Assembly: GCA_036172245.1 (NCBI GenBank)
Contig: JAYWIR010000038.1
Span: 992,001 to 1,056,000, forward strand
Direction: 5' to 3'
Source of the DNA: Raillietiella orientalis
Lineage: Eukaryota
DNA length: 64,000 nt
The notes beneath the pieces were generated by a model, which was not told the origin of the DNA, did no database searches, and worked only from the letters and a program-made list of their open reading frames with translations. This document shows positions 34,531 through 48,000 of this stretch, piece after piece; position 1 is the stretch's first letter; every line of letters begins with the position of its first letter. The position numbers and the translations under genes are program-made.

Positions 34531-37026
34531 AAGGGCTGGAGCGGAGGAGGAGGTGCCGTGCGCTTTCCCAGATCAGCGCCCCCCCCTTTTCCTGGAAGGA
34601 ACCCGCTCCTGGTCATCTGGAATACCCTCCTGGAGTCGTCTGCCTTCGGGACCGCCGTTCGTTCCGACGTGCCCGGGGATTCATCTCGCAGGAGGGCCGC
34701 GTTGGTCCCAGAAGACTCAAGGGAGGGACGGACGGACGGCCCGTGGCTCGACGCGCGGAGACTGGCGGGGCGGGCACGACAGCACCCCGAGACACCCGGG
34801 ACGCCGGAGGCAGCAGAAGCGAAAGGGTCAGATGCGAGTTCGAGGAAGTCAAGGCGGTGCATCTTCCCCGCCGGGCACGGCGCCGCTACCTGTTGGAGGG
34901 AAAGAAAAGGCCAGAAGGACAGCAGTGAAGCGGAAGAGGCGCGCGCCAGCCCCTGCACTCGGTCACAGGGGCGGTCTCCATGGCGTTTTGCCCCCTCCCC
35001 CACCGGTCCGGGACGGCACCGCACCCGGCACCCGCGGGTCGCCGCCATCCACCCCCACCCTCCCGCGCAGTCGCGAGAATCCTAGAGTGGGGACGGACCG
35101 GTTTTTCTCCCGGACCCTCCGACGCGGTCTGCTGCCGGCGGTCCCCCGTGGCGAAGAGCCGGGTCCCCGTCGTCTCGCGACGCCCCACGAGCGCGGAACC
35201 TCGAGGAGACGGACGTTCCTCTCGGCGGGCCGGCTGGCTTTTCGCGGAAGGACGGCGGCGACTTTCCCGCCGCCGGCGCTGCTGTGAGCGCGGCCATCTG
35301 GCGGGGAACGACCGGTATCACACGACTCGCTGGGGACCAAGAGCAAGGAATCCGTCCCGCAAGGAGTCCTTCTGGATCGAGGAGGGCGGCGCTTAGCCCG
35401 CGCAAAATGTGTGTTTTTTCTCTTTTCTTCCTGTTGCTGCTGACGTCAGAAGAGGACGGGTGGGAACGTCGGGAGGTGGCGCGCAGTCCTCGTCCGCAGC
35501 AGCAGCCTGGAGGATCCTTTCGAGCGGGTTAGGAGTCGCCCGCCCCTAGGCGGTGACCTCGAGTCGCGAGCAAGCCCTCCGGCCTCGCATCCGGGCGCAC
35601 ACGGACGACGATGGTGGTCGGTCCTCCGCACAGGGCCGCAGGGGGGCATAAGAAGGCGTCCCGGGGACCTCCGTGCTTCCCTGAGAGTCCGGGAAGCTCC
35701 GCACGCCGCCGGGGTCGCACGAGAGGGAGAACGTGAGCGATCTTCCCGCGGGAATCCCCGGGGGTTCCCGCCCGCTACCACACGCTCCTCACCGGAAGGA
35801 GCGGCTCTCTCGTTCCCTTCCGGTTCCGCCTGCCGCGCCGCCCGACCTCTCACACGCGCTGCCGCCCGAGTCTCCGCCAGCTGGAGCTGCAGCCGCCCGC
35901 CCGTGGGAGGCGTCTGGGCGCCGCGGATGAGGGCTGCCGCCGTCGCCGCTGCTGCTGCTGGCAGAGATGGATTTCCTTCCAGAATTCCCCGGCGCCGAAC
36001 AGACCGCGCCCGAGGGGAAGTACGCGCCGAAGCGGAAGTCCGCTCCTGTCCCCTCCCCCTCTGTACCTGGGAGAATCTCCGCTGGATATCTCCGGAGAAT
36101 GCCAGGGGCTAAGAGAGGGAGGGGGGGTGGGAATCTCCCGAGAGGAGAGAAGGGGGAGTCGCGGAGACTTCCAGGAAGGGGAGAGACTGCGGAGGAGGAA
36201 CGGGATGCATAGAGGACCCCACGGGGGAAGCGCCCGGTTTGGGGGAGGGCCGGTAGCACCGGAAGGAAGCCGTTTTGGGGAAACTGTCGGGTCTCAGGCG
36301 GATGAGGGCAATGGGGAGGGGAGAGAAGAGCCTCTCATTTCTCCGGCCAGGGAGTGGCTCTGCGCTGCTAAGGTCGGCTGGAAAGAGATGGCGCAAGCGA
36401 GCCCCCCCAGGGGGAGTGGGAAGGGGGTGGGGACTGCGTCCGGCACGATCCTGAGTGAAACTCGTAGGGCCGACGTCTCCGTTCTTCAAAGGGCCGCATT
36501 CACTCAATGGAGGGGGTCAAGGGTAAGCCGCGCCACCACTGCGGATGACCCCCGGAACTTAGATGGGAGGAGTCCCAGGAGAGGTGCACGTGGGAGAGAG
36601 GCAGAGGGAGGGGGACCTTTAGGAAGGCCGAAGAGACGGCACCATTCCCTCTTTGTTGGTCCGGGGGGCAGGTGGGAGATCGCGGGTATTGAAGAGCCTC
36701 CCGGGCACGGAGAGGGTATCGAAAAGCCCCCATTGAGCTGCCCTTGGGGAAGGAATGAAGGTCGGCACTCACCCCAGCGACTCCACGGAAGCTCGCAGTC
36801 GCGTCGTCGTCGTCGAAGTTTCCCCTTTCCCCTCCCCCCTTCCCCTCCGAAGACTGGGATGAGGCAGAGGCACAGCCGGTGGCAGGTGAGAAATCCTGGG
36901 AGGCGGAGCCAGGGAGCGTGGGTGGGCGGCGGTGGCGCAGGTCTCGAGTCGAGAGGCGGCAGCAGGTGTTCCGTCCCCTCTTCCGCACGTGCTCTTTTCG
37001 TCCCTGGCCCCCTCGCCGGAAGGGCG

Positions 37027-38409
37027 AGGGGTCCCGAGTACCTCTGAGGGACTTGTGCGCTCCACGTTGGGACGGAGGCCTTGGTCTCCTGACGCTGGAG
37101 CGCTTGGAAATCCAACTGCGATGCCGCACCATGGGCATCGCAACGAAGTTGTGGAGCACCCCTTGGTGGGTTCCGGCCCACCTTCTTGCCAGCCGTGTCT
37201 CCAGGACGCAAGGACTCGCGTCTTATCTTCTGTGCCCCGGCCGGAAGATTCGAAGATGCGGCCTGCTCCTTGGACGCATGGCGTCCCTGGCTAAGGAAAA
37301 CGGCTGGATGGTTTGCAGCCCCGCAGGAGATCGCTGCACGTGGGCGAAGATGCATGAGAGAAGCCACGAGACGTGGAACTGTCTGCGTGTTGGCCCATAC
37401 GCCCGCCGCACCCTGCGGGAAATACTTGAATTTCCCGCGAGTTGCACGTGGGCAGAGACGACCCCCCTTGCTACGGCGATGCCCTACCTCCGGAGGGCGC
37501 TTAGAGGCAGCCAGAAGCCGAGGTGGCAAGTCTCCTGCCGAATCGCAGGCAGGGAGAAGATGTTAAGCGGCTGGACCACAGGAGAACTGGCGGACGCCAC
37601 GACCCCGAGCGTCCAGCCGAGAGCACTTTTGCGATGGGGCGAGCTGCTCGCCATCCCCATGGATGTGCTGAAGTGGCCCCCGGTGTTGTTTGAATCAAGG
37701 ATCCTGCCCCTTAAGTGGCAAGAATCGGCGCTGCTACCGTTGCATTGGGGTTTACCCTGCAACGCACGCCGCTTCCACTGGACAAGGGGAGCGGTGGATC
37801 CTCATTGTGCCAGGTGCGGAGAGCGGGAATCGCTCTCCCACCTACTTGTTGACTGTGCTGCCCTCCGTCCCCTCTGGGAACGGTTCGGGACGACCCTCGG
37901 TCTCCCTGTGGGCAGCCAACCCAGCGACGTTTTCCGTCTTCTCTTCGTGCGGGACGCCCTTCAGCCAGCTGCAGCCGTGGCAGCACTCTGCTGCATCCGA
38001 GGCATCGTGGCGGCCTGGAGCGATACCAGCGAGGAGGGAGTGGATTCAAACGCGATGGTTGTCATCCCATATGCTGTTCGCTTCCTGCGGAGAGCTATTG
38101 GATGGCCCCAGATGGGAAGATTGAAGATGGACCTCGAGGGTATCCTGATAAGGATGGACCCTCCTCAAAGTGGACCGTGATTGCTTCCCTTCCCTCCAAA
38201 AACTCTTTTTTTTTTTTTCTTTGTTTTCTGGTTTATTTTTCTTTTTGTTTTTCCCCCCATCCCCTTCCACTGCCGAGGAGAGTCACACCGGGACGCAGCC
38301 CGGTGTCCCGGCAGGTCCGGCATTACGTGGCCGTTAGTGGGGCCTTGTACCACGTTCTGTACTGACAGATGAAGCGTTTTAATAAACGTCCCGGCGTACC
38401 CGGGTAGCA
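37027..38409 (+). mobile_element. Young 5'-truncated non-LTR insertion with perfect 14-bp TSD
   Basis: tcgccggaagggcg at 37013-37026 and 38410-38423. The frame is uninterrupted to the stop at 38180. Near-identical to 24520-25904. Confidence 0.95.
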
Positions 38410-39358
38410 TCGCCGGAAGGGCGGGAAAGCACCTGGGAGAGGCGTCCGGTCAGCGACCTTCCGGGTCTCCGGGTCCGGCGCTGCCAACGGCCCCTGACGG
38501 TTTCATCTCTGAGCGGGAGGCGTGCCCAGCGCCGGAAACAGGGAGGGGGCAGAGCACAAGGGAGGCGGTGGCGGCGCCCCTTTCGCGCGCAGGGGGTGTG
38601 TGTGCCCGGCAGCAGAGCCACCTGCGCTTCCGAACAGCCCCGAGACCTCCTCGGCCTTGCTTGCGCGCCAACTTCTCCTCCTCCTCCTCACCCTGTTCCC
38701 CCCCCCGTCGGGGATTAACGAACTTGATAAGCAGATGATTCATCCGCCTGACATCTGCCGCCGCGTCTCACCGCGGGATCATGAGCGCCCCCTCTCAGTT
38801 CTCCCGTTGCCGTGAGACGAGGAGCATCCTCGACGGACACACCACTCGGTGCAGATGCTCCCCCCCTCCCGGGAGGCGCCTCCCCCCACTTCCCTTTGCG
38901 TTCCCGAAAGAGTCTTCCCAGCCCGAAGGCAGGAACTGAGCCACGTGATGCCGCTGAGCGCGTGACTTTCCCGGCGCGAAGGCCTGATCCGACCATGCAA
39001 GACAGGTAACGGCGGCGGCGGTGGTGCACGGGGCGGGCGCTTCCCGTTCCCTCGGAACGAGAGGGAGGAGAAAGAGGAAGGGGAAGTCTTGGCGGACGGT
39101 GCCGCTCGGTCTGGGAACGGGCAGGGAGGGAGGGGACTCCGCGCGCGCGAGGGGCGGCGTCCCCCTTCGGGATCGAAGGGGGGTGAGGGGAGGAAGCGCA
39201 CCTTCTTCGCCGACATTTTTGCCCCCTTCCGACGCCGGGAAGCGGGCCGACAGCTTGCGGCTCCAGCATCGCCCCCTTCTGGCACGGACCTGCATGCGGA
39301 TTCTTGCAGGTGGCTGACCCGCGGCTTCCCAGGTGCAGCGGCAGAGGGGAAAGTCTCT

Positions 39359-39423
39359 AGCTCTCTCTCTCTCTCTCTCTCTCTCTCGTGCACTCGCGCG
39401 TGCCAACAACAACAACAACAACA
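39359..39423. repeat. (CT)n and (CAA)n microsatellites
   Basis: ctctct run at 39361-39387 and caacaa run at ~39404-39423. Confidence 0.9.
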
Positions 39424-41449
39424 TGGTGCCTGTCAGGTCAGCATGTCCTCCTTCAGGGTGGGCCTGCTGCACACCGAACGCGCGCGGGATGACACGCCTT
39501 CCTTCCGACGGGTACTTCGGCCGCAGCATCCATCCGACGCCTGCTGCGTGCATCCCTACATTCCCACAATTTGCCAGCACCCCATCAGCGTCCCTTCCCC
39601 CTGTTAGACAACGAGCAAGCGGGGTCGCGTCGTGCAGCCGTGCTGGACTTGCACGTGATAACCCTGCTGATAGGTCACTCCGCGCCGCGCTGGCTGAACG
39701 AGCCATCCAGTCTCCCGTAAGCGCGGCTTCCCTCTCGAGTGGGCCCACCACCTACGAATCCGAAAGAAGGAGGGAAGAGCGGAGGGGAGGGGGGAGGTGA
39801 AGCTTTCTGGGCTCCGTTGCACGGCGACGATGGCAGCAGTCAGGCGGCGGTCCATTCCTCGGAAGCTGTGCCGCATTTCCGAAGGGAGCATCTGGAGAAA
39901 GAGCGACCGGAAAGTGGCGCCGAAAGCGATCGCCGGGTTGAAGGGTTTTTGACCACCCGGGCGATGCTCTTCTGGGGTGCAGCTGCGGCTCGGCGCGTTG
40001 GACGCAGTGGCAACGCTGCTCTCGCGTTTGTCTTTGCGTCTGCTCTTCATGCAAGTTGCGCTTGAAGAACCGACGCCCGTGAGCCAAACAAGCAGACAAA
40101 CAGCGTGGGAAGCCGCAGCACACCAGGGCAACCGCCGTAGAGGAGGCTGCTGCTAACCTCTCACTCCTTCCTTTTCCTTTCGCTCCCTCGCCTCGCCATG
40201 GAAACGCCGCCTCGACCAGGAAGCAGGTGCTGGGAGGTGGGAAATGTTCGCCAGTTCGGAGCCATCGGATGCCCTCGAGCAAAAGAGGCAATGCCGTCCA
40301 CAAAGACGCGAAGAGTTTCGACAGGATTGCGCCTCCTTTGCGATGCAGAAATCCCGGGACCGGAGGAGAACCGGAATTCTCTGACCGGAAAAGGGGAAGG
40401 GGGGAACAAAACCCCATAACGAAAAGGGTCGACCTTTATTCCGAAGCTTCGAAATGGCAGGAGGACACCGCTCCTGAACACGCACCGCCCACCACGCTGA
40501 GGGCGCTTCGAGAAGCGCACCGCGCGCCACCGGCTTGCCGTGGCTCCGATGCGCGCGCACGGGCGCGAACGAGGCGGGAACCTCCCTCCGCGGGGCTCGT
40601 CCAGAGTGACGTCACTCGCGCCTGACGTAAGCCGCCGGGAGCACTGACGACAGCAGGTTATGCGCGCACGCATCCCTCCGAGCGGCGCGCGGTGCCATCT
40701 TGCGCAGGTGTTGCAGCCACCAGGCTGCTGAGCTTCGGAATGAGCCTTCGTGCAGACGGACAGATGCGCACCACCGTGTCTCGGCAGCCGATCCGAGAAT
40801 ACTCTGCCCTTTTTCCTTTTTGCATTTTTTCGTTCCCGCTTTGTTTTATTTTTATCGCGTCGGCGCGGATGCGGAATCACGCATCGTGACTGCGCTTGCG
40901 CCGCCACCGCGCGTGCGAAACCACGAGCAAGTAGGAGGGGGAGGGGGGACGGCTTCCACTGCGGCACCCATGCTCCTCGTTTTTTATTCTCATTCAAGTG
41001 CCGAGTTTTTCGTGAACCCGTGAAGCCCCCTGCCGCGCCGCGGGAACCAACGGGACGGACGAGAGGACTTCGGTGGTCTCAGGCGCTGAGTTCCTGCCCG
41101 CCCGTCACCTTTGCGGGATTGGGGGGAGCGTCGGGAGCTTCCGAGGTCGCTGAGCCGTCTCCTCCCGAACCCCTTTCTTTCTCGAACTCGGGAGAAGCGA
41201 GGCACCGGGACTGCTCTTCGCCGTTGCCCGGAATTCCGGAGCGAACGCCGCGCGCGTTTCCTGCCCCGAATTCCGGAGGCGGCCTCACTGCAGAAACCGG
41301 GAAGAGGGGGCCCGGAGCAGCTGCTCCAGAGATTGCCGAGCGTACGGGACGTAGAGGTAGCCGGCAGTGCCCACGAGGAAGACACTGCAGAGCGCAGGAT
41401 CGCCGAGAACGCAAACAAGAAGGGGGAAAAGTAGGGAGGGAGGGTAGGA

Positions 41450-41612
41450 ATTCCTTCTCTTCCTCCTCCCCTTTCTCTCTATCTCCTTTCCTCCTCCTCC
41501 TCCTCCCTCTCTCCCTTTCCCCCTTGTCTTCCTCTTCCGTTCCTTTTCCTCTTCTTCCTTTCCTCCTCCTCTTCCCCTTCCCTTCCTCTTCCCCTCCTCC
41601 TCCTTTCCTCTC
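41450..41612 (+). repeat. Polypyrimidine low-complexity tract (similar tracts at 45980-46160, 48000-48135, 49690-49820)
   Basis: Almost purely C/T on the plus strand. Confidence 0.85.
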
Positions 41613-44600
41613 GCCCTCAGAGGGACACGTGGCGTCTCCGGTCAGTACCTCTGTCCGAGCTTCAGCGTCCGGCCAGCAGAGTGGCCATCGTGAGAGGAGA
41701 TCGGCATCTGCGCTGTTGATGTGACCCGCAGGTCGCGAAGGAGGTCCCTTTTTTCCCCCAGGAGGGTCCCCGCTGCCTTCCTTCCTCCGGTCCGAAGTTT
41801 TTCCTTCTCTGCTCTCCCTCGATCATGCCTTGCGCTTCCTCCCCTGGAGGAGGAGGCCGGCGGGTTCCCCGGTCCGCAGCCTGACCCGGCGCTCCTCTCC
41901 GAGTTCTCCTCCACCTTCCGCGCGCTCCTCTTCTGCAGGGTCTCAGAACAGGAGAAGGGACCGCGAGGGGAGTGCGGAGATGGTCCGCTGCTGAGATTCC
42001 TAGTGTCCTGGGCGCCCATTCGCTCCTGCCGAGTCCCGGGGAGCGGAGCGCCCTTTCTCGGAGAACACCCCGGAGGGGCGGCCGAACCACTCGGAGGTGG
42101 CTAGGTTGCCCAGTCGGCGCTCCTCGCCCCAGCCGGCGGAGGCCGGGGAGGACGTCCCTCGCAGAGGCGACGGAAACCGCTGTTCCGGAAGAGATCGCTC
42201 CCCTCCCCCTTGCGTGCCCCTGCGCCCGTCCAAGGCGCGACCCGAACCACCTGTTCGCCGGGGTAAGGAGGAATCTGCCTTCGCGGCGTAGGGCCTCCAA
42301 CAAGGAAGGAGCGTTCCGGACCGAAAGGAGCAGCAAAGCAGAGGAACGGGCAGCAGAAAGGCCGCCTTCTCCTAGCAGGCACGGCATCGTTCGGGCCAAC
42401 TCCCCTCACAAGTGACCCACTAGGTCCCCTAAGCGCGGCCACGAGGCTGGGGTACGTGGAGGGCCAGGGCGCTTCTCGGCCGGCAACGGAAGGAGATAGA
42501 GAGAAGATAGAGGAGGGGGAGGTGCCACCCGCCTCCCGGACAACGTCCTCGTGGCCGGCGGCGGGTGCGCGCGAAACAGCCCCCGCTGCTCCCGAGGAAG
42601 GTGGCGCCCCTGACGCGCCTTGGCTAGGAATGCGGCTCTCTCGGAGATCTGACGCATCGCCGGAGGGAACGACATCCCCGGCGGCGCCAACCTCACAGAG
42701 CACTGCGCGGGCGTCCTCCCGAGGGTGGCCGGTTGGAGGGGCGCCCCAGGGAAGAGGGTGGTGGGTGCGAGCGAACGCCCTCCCGGAGGAGGCGCAACGC
42801 GAGCCCCTGCTGCACTCTGCCGGACTGCAAGGGGAACTTTGAGGTACAGTGTCGCGCGGCGCGCAGCGGCGGTCCCCCCCCCCCCTTCATCACTGTCCAG
42901 CGGACCGGCGGGTTTTCGAAGCACCTCGAAAAGAGGGACGAGAGGGGTGGGGAGGGCTGGAGAAGGGAGCGCGGACGTTCGCGACGGGTCTGGCGGCAAG
43001 TTCAGGTACGCCGTCGGATGTTTCGCACCCGCGGCAGCCTATCCTCCGGTTAGGAAGTCACTTTCCCGGGAGAACCCCACGGGCGGGGTACGCCTGCTCC
43101 CCTTCCCCTCGACCGCACGATTTCTTGAGGCATTCAACCAGCGGGCGTCCGCAGAGGAGCGCGGCTCGCGGTAAAGGAAGCCTCGTCCCCCGCGGAAGGG
43201 GATGGGATGCGGAGAGAGGGGGAAGGCATCCCCCCCTCTCCGCGTGGCTCCACTCCGGAACGCCTCCTGTTCTCCCCGCCACATCCCTCTCTCTCGAGTC
43301 CCAGAGAGGGTGCGGCCGACATCCTCCAGGCAGAAGGACGCGGCGGCGACAATCCCACCGAGGCGCTTTTTCCCGCTAATCTCGAATGTAGGTCAAGGAG
43401 GGGCCCCCGCTTTGAGGGATCCTTCGCTCTCCTTGGGAGATCTGGGAGAGAGGCGGCGGCGACGGCGGCTGGCGCGCGCGGGTACCAGGGAAACCGTGGG
43501 ACTCGCTGCTCCCCTCCCCGCGTGCCTTCGACCTTCCGCCGCGTCCCTCTCCTTCCGCCAGGCAGCTACAGCGGCGGCTTCGCCGGTTGTCCGGGTGACG
43601 CGGCCCGGGCTGCCTTGGCGACCGACAAGGCCGCCCGCCTTTCCTTCTTGATCTCCCAACTCGTGATTGCCGCCCCCGAAGTAGTAAGAGAGGTGGGGGG
43701 TAGAGGGTGAGGGGGACCTCCCGCTGCTGCCGCGGCAGCTTCCGAGGGTCCCTCCCGGGCGGGAGAATACGGTCCGTCGAGCAGCATGCTCGAGGCGAGT
43801 CGCCAAGTGGCGGAGCGCCCGGCGAGCAGCGCATGGGGTGCTCGTGCAGGTGACGTCACGCACGACCCCAACCACTAAAGAACCAACCCCGGAGAGGATA
43901 TCGCGTGGTCCGCTCGGCCGCAGTCGAGCAGCGCCCTCCGAGCGCCACGGATGCAGTAGTCCATCTCCCAAGGCGAAAGCCACGTACTCTAAACCTTCCC
44001 AGATGTACATGGTACATACTTTCATTGTCATCGTATACATAAAATGGCACGCGTATACAAACATACGCACCTGCACGTTCTGTTGTTCTATACATATATC
44101 TAAATATGCACATGCACGTGACGTGGATAGCGTACATATTTGGGTACGTATACGTATATGTACAGAAGCATCGCGTACATTTCGACGTGCAAGTAGGTTT
44201 TTCCGGGTATTTCTGTGTGCGCAGCTTTGTGTGCGCGCACTCTGGCCCTGCTCGCGATGAACGCCGCGCCCTTCCCAGCTCCAATGGCGGAGCACTCCGC
44301 CCTCTGATCGATCGATCGATCGCGGCAGCCATTTTGATCCCCCGAGCGCCTCCGCGAGATCGCGTCAGGCAGCCTCTGAGACGCCAGGGAGAAAGGGGAG
44401 GAGAGAGTGGGGAGGAACCCCGGCTTCTTCGTCGACTGGTGATGGCGGTGAAGGGTTGGCCGCCGCGCTGCCGCCACCATCCGCCTTGGGTTGCGGGAGA
44501 GGTCGCTTGCGTGCCGTTTCGAGCGCTCAGGCGGCGGCCACGAGGAGGTGGGATGGAAGGTGGGGGTAAACCGGAAGGCTCAGTGGCTCGAGTAAGGCGG

Positions 44601-45046
44601 GGACTGCTCCGGCAACGTCTCCCTCTCCCCCTTCCAGCCACCGCGTCCTGGAACGCTCCAGGGAGAGTCCCTCGACTATGCATCCGCCGGCCCAGTGTCG
44701 CCTGGAGGGTCGAAGAGGACAAAGAGCCCCACAGAACCTCAGGGCAGCCCGGGTTTCCTGACCACGCCTTCCTATGCCCCTCGCGCGCCTTCCTCTCCCT
44801 CATCTCGCTGCTGCCCGCTCAAGTGTTGCTACGGGAGATCGGTCACACAGAGCTTGGGGTGCTCCCCTGCAGCCGCCAGTCCGTGGGGACTTGTCCCCTC
44901 GGCTGCGACCTCCCGGTCCCCGGTCGCGGGAAAAGCGGTGTGGGGCGGGGAGAAAGCGGGCGGCCCTCTTCCCGCACGCCTCCGCCCCAGCGTCCGCGGC
45001 GTTCCGATCGTAGGATACGGCAGAGACCCCTCGCCCTCTGTTGCAG

Positions 45047-48000
45047 CTTGACGGAGCTCCACCTGGAGTTCACGGAGAGGGTGCTGGTGCTTATGGTGGC
45101 GGTCGTCGTTCTCGCCCTCTCAGTCGCCCTCGTGATGTGCTTCCTGGATGACAGCTGCCCCGTGCGCTCCTTCCTCAAAGGTGAGAGAGAGTCCCTCGCC
45201 GGCGCTCCACTCCCTGCCGCCCGCCCGCCCAGCGCTCGCTCAGGCTCCGCGAGGGAAGAGCCTCTGGAGGGGGCGGACCCGCATTTCCCTGCCGGTGCCG
45301 CCGACGCTGCCAGACCGGCTCTCTCCACCGCCAGTTCCACTCCTCCCATAGCAGCTGGACCAAGCTGGAGCTCAGGGACCGGAGCGCCGAAGATGAGTAT
45401 CTCGAGAAGTGCGGCGCCTGGGAGAGAGGGGGGGAGACCCCCTGTCCCTGCCGGAAGTCTCCTGGTGACATCCTGCGGTCCCCGAGGGATGCGTCCTCGG
45501 CTTGCGCGCGGCTTCCTCTCGTCCTTTCCGGCAGCCGCCGGCAAAAAGGAGGGGTTCACCCTCCACTCAGGGCAACCCTAGGCGAGGTTCGACGGACATA
45601 GTCCCATCCCCGCGCGGGGAGCCTTGCCCGGAACTCGTTGCCACCCCTCCTTACTGTCCAACGGACTTCTCGTCCCCTCCCTCCCTTCCTCGAAGTCCGT
45701 CGGTCGCGGAAGCTTTCTCGCGTCTTTCTCCCTCACGGACCCGGTCCCCAGAGGGGTCTCATAGGGAAGGGACACCACCGCCCTCTCTCCCTCTCCTTTG
45801 TGGAGCGGATCCCTGACGAAAGCAGCAGCGCAAGCCCGAGGTTCTCTTGGAAACAGGACCCAAGGCCAGGGAGGACTCTCCGGTGCTCCACGGGAGGAAG
45901 GAGCCGGCCAAGCAGTGCACGGTGACGTGCACCAGAACCGTACGGAAGATCAGAGGTCTCTTCCTGGTGCCTTCATCTCGTTTCTTTCTCTCTTCTTCCT
46001 TTTCCTCTTCTTTTTCTTCCTTTCCTTCTTCTCTCCTTCTTCTTCTTGTTGCTGTTGTTGTTGTTCTTCCTCTCCTTGTTCCTATTCTTCCTCTCGTTTC
46101 CCTCCCTCGTCTTCTTCTCCCTCTTTTTCCTCCTCCTCCACTTCTACTTCTTCCTCTTGTTCTGAAAGCAGTCAGGCGGCAGCACACGGTGCTGTGCACC
46201 ACTGCGGTGTGGAAGACCAGATGACCTCTTCCTGGCAAGCGCAGACGTGACCCAGAGTGCTGGTCTCTCTCCTCCTCTTCTTCCTCTTCTCCGAGTCCTG
46301 CCGACCTCCATTCGCCCTGCACGAAGCGGCGGCTCCTGCTTCTTGTGTGGTGGATCCGCCTCCAGGGCCCGGGCCGCCGCGCTGCCTTCCGGAGAGCTGG
46401 TCCGCAAGACGAAGAGGTCGGGCAAGGCGGTGCTGGCCGCCACCTCCGTCACCTACCTCTTCGCGGCGGGTCTCCTCCTCCCCCTCCCCCCACCGCATCT
46501 TCCCCGCTGGCCCTGGCACACCCAGCAAACCTTTTCTCGTTCCCAAGCGAGGCGGCAGAGCCGGGTCGACATGGAGATGCTCTGCGAGCCGGTGCTGCGC
46601 AGGACCACCGCCCCGGGCAGCGAGTCCAGCAGGTGCGACTCCAGCTACTTCTCGATGACGGGCAGCCCCGGATCGTCGTTCAAGAGCCCTGACGGGAAGA
46701 AAAATGGGGCTTCCAAGGTACGTGGGGGCGCGGAGGGACCCCTGTGCCTCGACCCATACCCTTTTTGCCCACCTCCTCGCGAAAGGGAGCGCGTGCACCC
46801 TCCGCTGCCTCCCGGACTTTCTCTCAAAAGCGCGGCCGCCGGCCCCCTGGCCGTGTGCAGCCCTTCCGTCCGGTTACTTCGTCGCGAAGAGGGCGCCCAG
46901 CCTCATCAAGCCCTGCCGCTGCCTCTGCGGACCTGCGTTTCCCACGCGCTCTCTGCGCCCCAGTCGACCCCAGCTCTCCTCTGGGAAGAGAAAATGGGGA
47001 TCGTCCGGGCTGACTCTCTCGAGGTGCCAGGCTGCAGCAATGCGATAGGGAGGGAGGGGAGGGGTCCTTGGGGGGAGAGGGCGCGTTGCAGCAGCTTCAG
47101 GGCTCTGATCCACTCCAGATCCGAGGGATCCACCTAGGGACTGGCCCTTTTCTTGCTCCCGGGCAGCCCCTCGCGGCGACGACGACGCTGCCCGACCGGC
47201 GCGCCGCACCCGTGAAGCCACCGCCCTCCTCCCCCTCTTGCATGAAGGTTTGAGGTCCGGGAGCCTGCGTCCGGCCTCTCTTCAGAGGGTGGGAGGGTCC
47301 ATGGCATCCAGCACGTGCGTGGGGTGTTGGACCCATCCCACCCCACCCCCACACACGCCCTTGGGTTGTCTAGATGGAAGGGGGGAGGTTCCTCCGCTGG
47401 AGATCCTGGGGTGTCATGGACCACCTCAGTTGGGTCATGATGATCTCCGAGCGCCCCTTGGCGTAGGAAGACTCCGTTTCTTTCCCGTGTCCCCTTTCCT
47501 CCTCCCTTTGAACCTGGGATGCTGGGAGGATTTTGTTTTCTCGCATCTCCACCTCCAACGGTCTCCCCCATCATCTCAGGGACCTCTGTCCAAATGGGAT
47601 CCTTCCCGGGTCTTTCCCAGCCTGGGTTCCCGCGACCTGCGAGCCTTCGGCTCCAGGTGAGAACGCTGTCCCTCCGCCCCCTCGTCCATACCCCATAAAT
47701 CCCAAACCCGCCTCGCATGACAATCCGTCCTGGAAAGAATGGCTCACGTGAATTTCGGACGGAAGGGGTGACGTCACACCGATGCAGAATTCGAGCGGGA
47801 GAGGAGAGTTGGAAGCTGTCGCGAAGTCGGTATCGCCGTGAGAAAACCAGAGAGCGGTTCGTGGCCGATGATCCCGGGTGCGTGTCAGCCCCTGGGGAAT
47901 TCGTGGGAGCAGTGGCCCCTCTTCCGGTTCAACGAACTGCTACCCGAAGGCGAGTCGAAATGGTCCTTCTCCGGTTCGCGCTGATGTGACTTCCCTGCGC

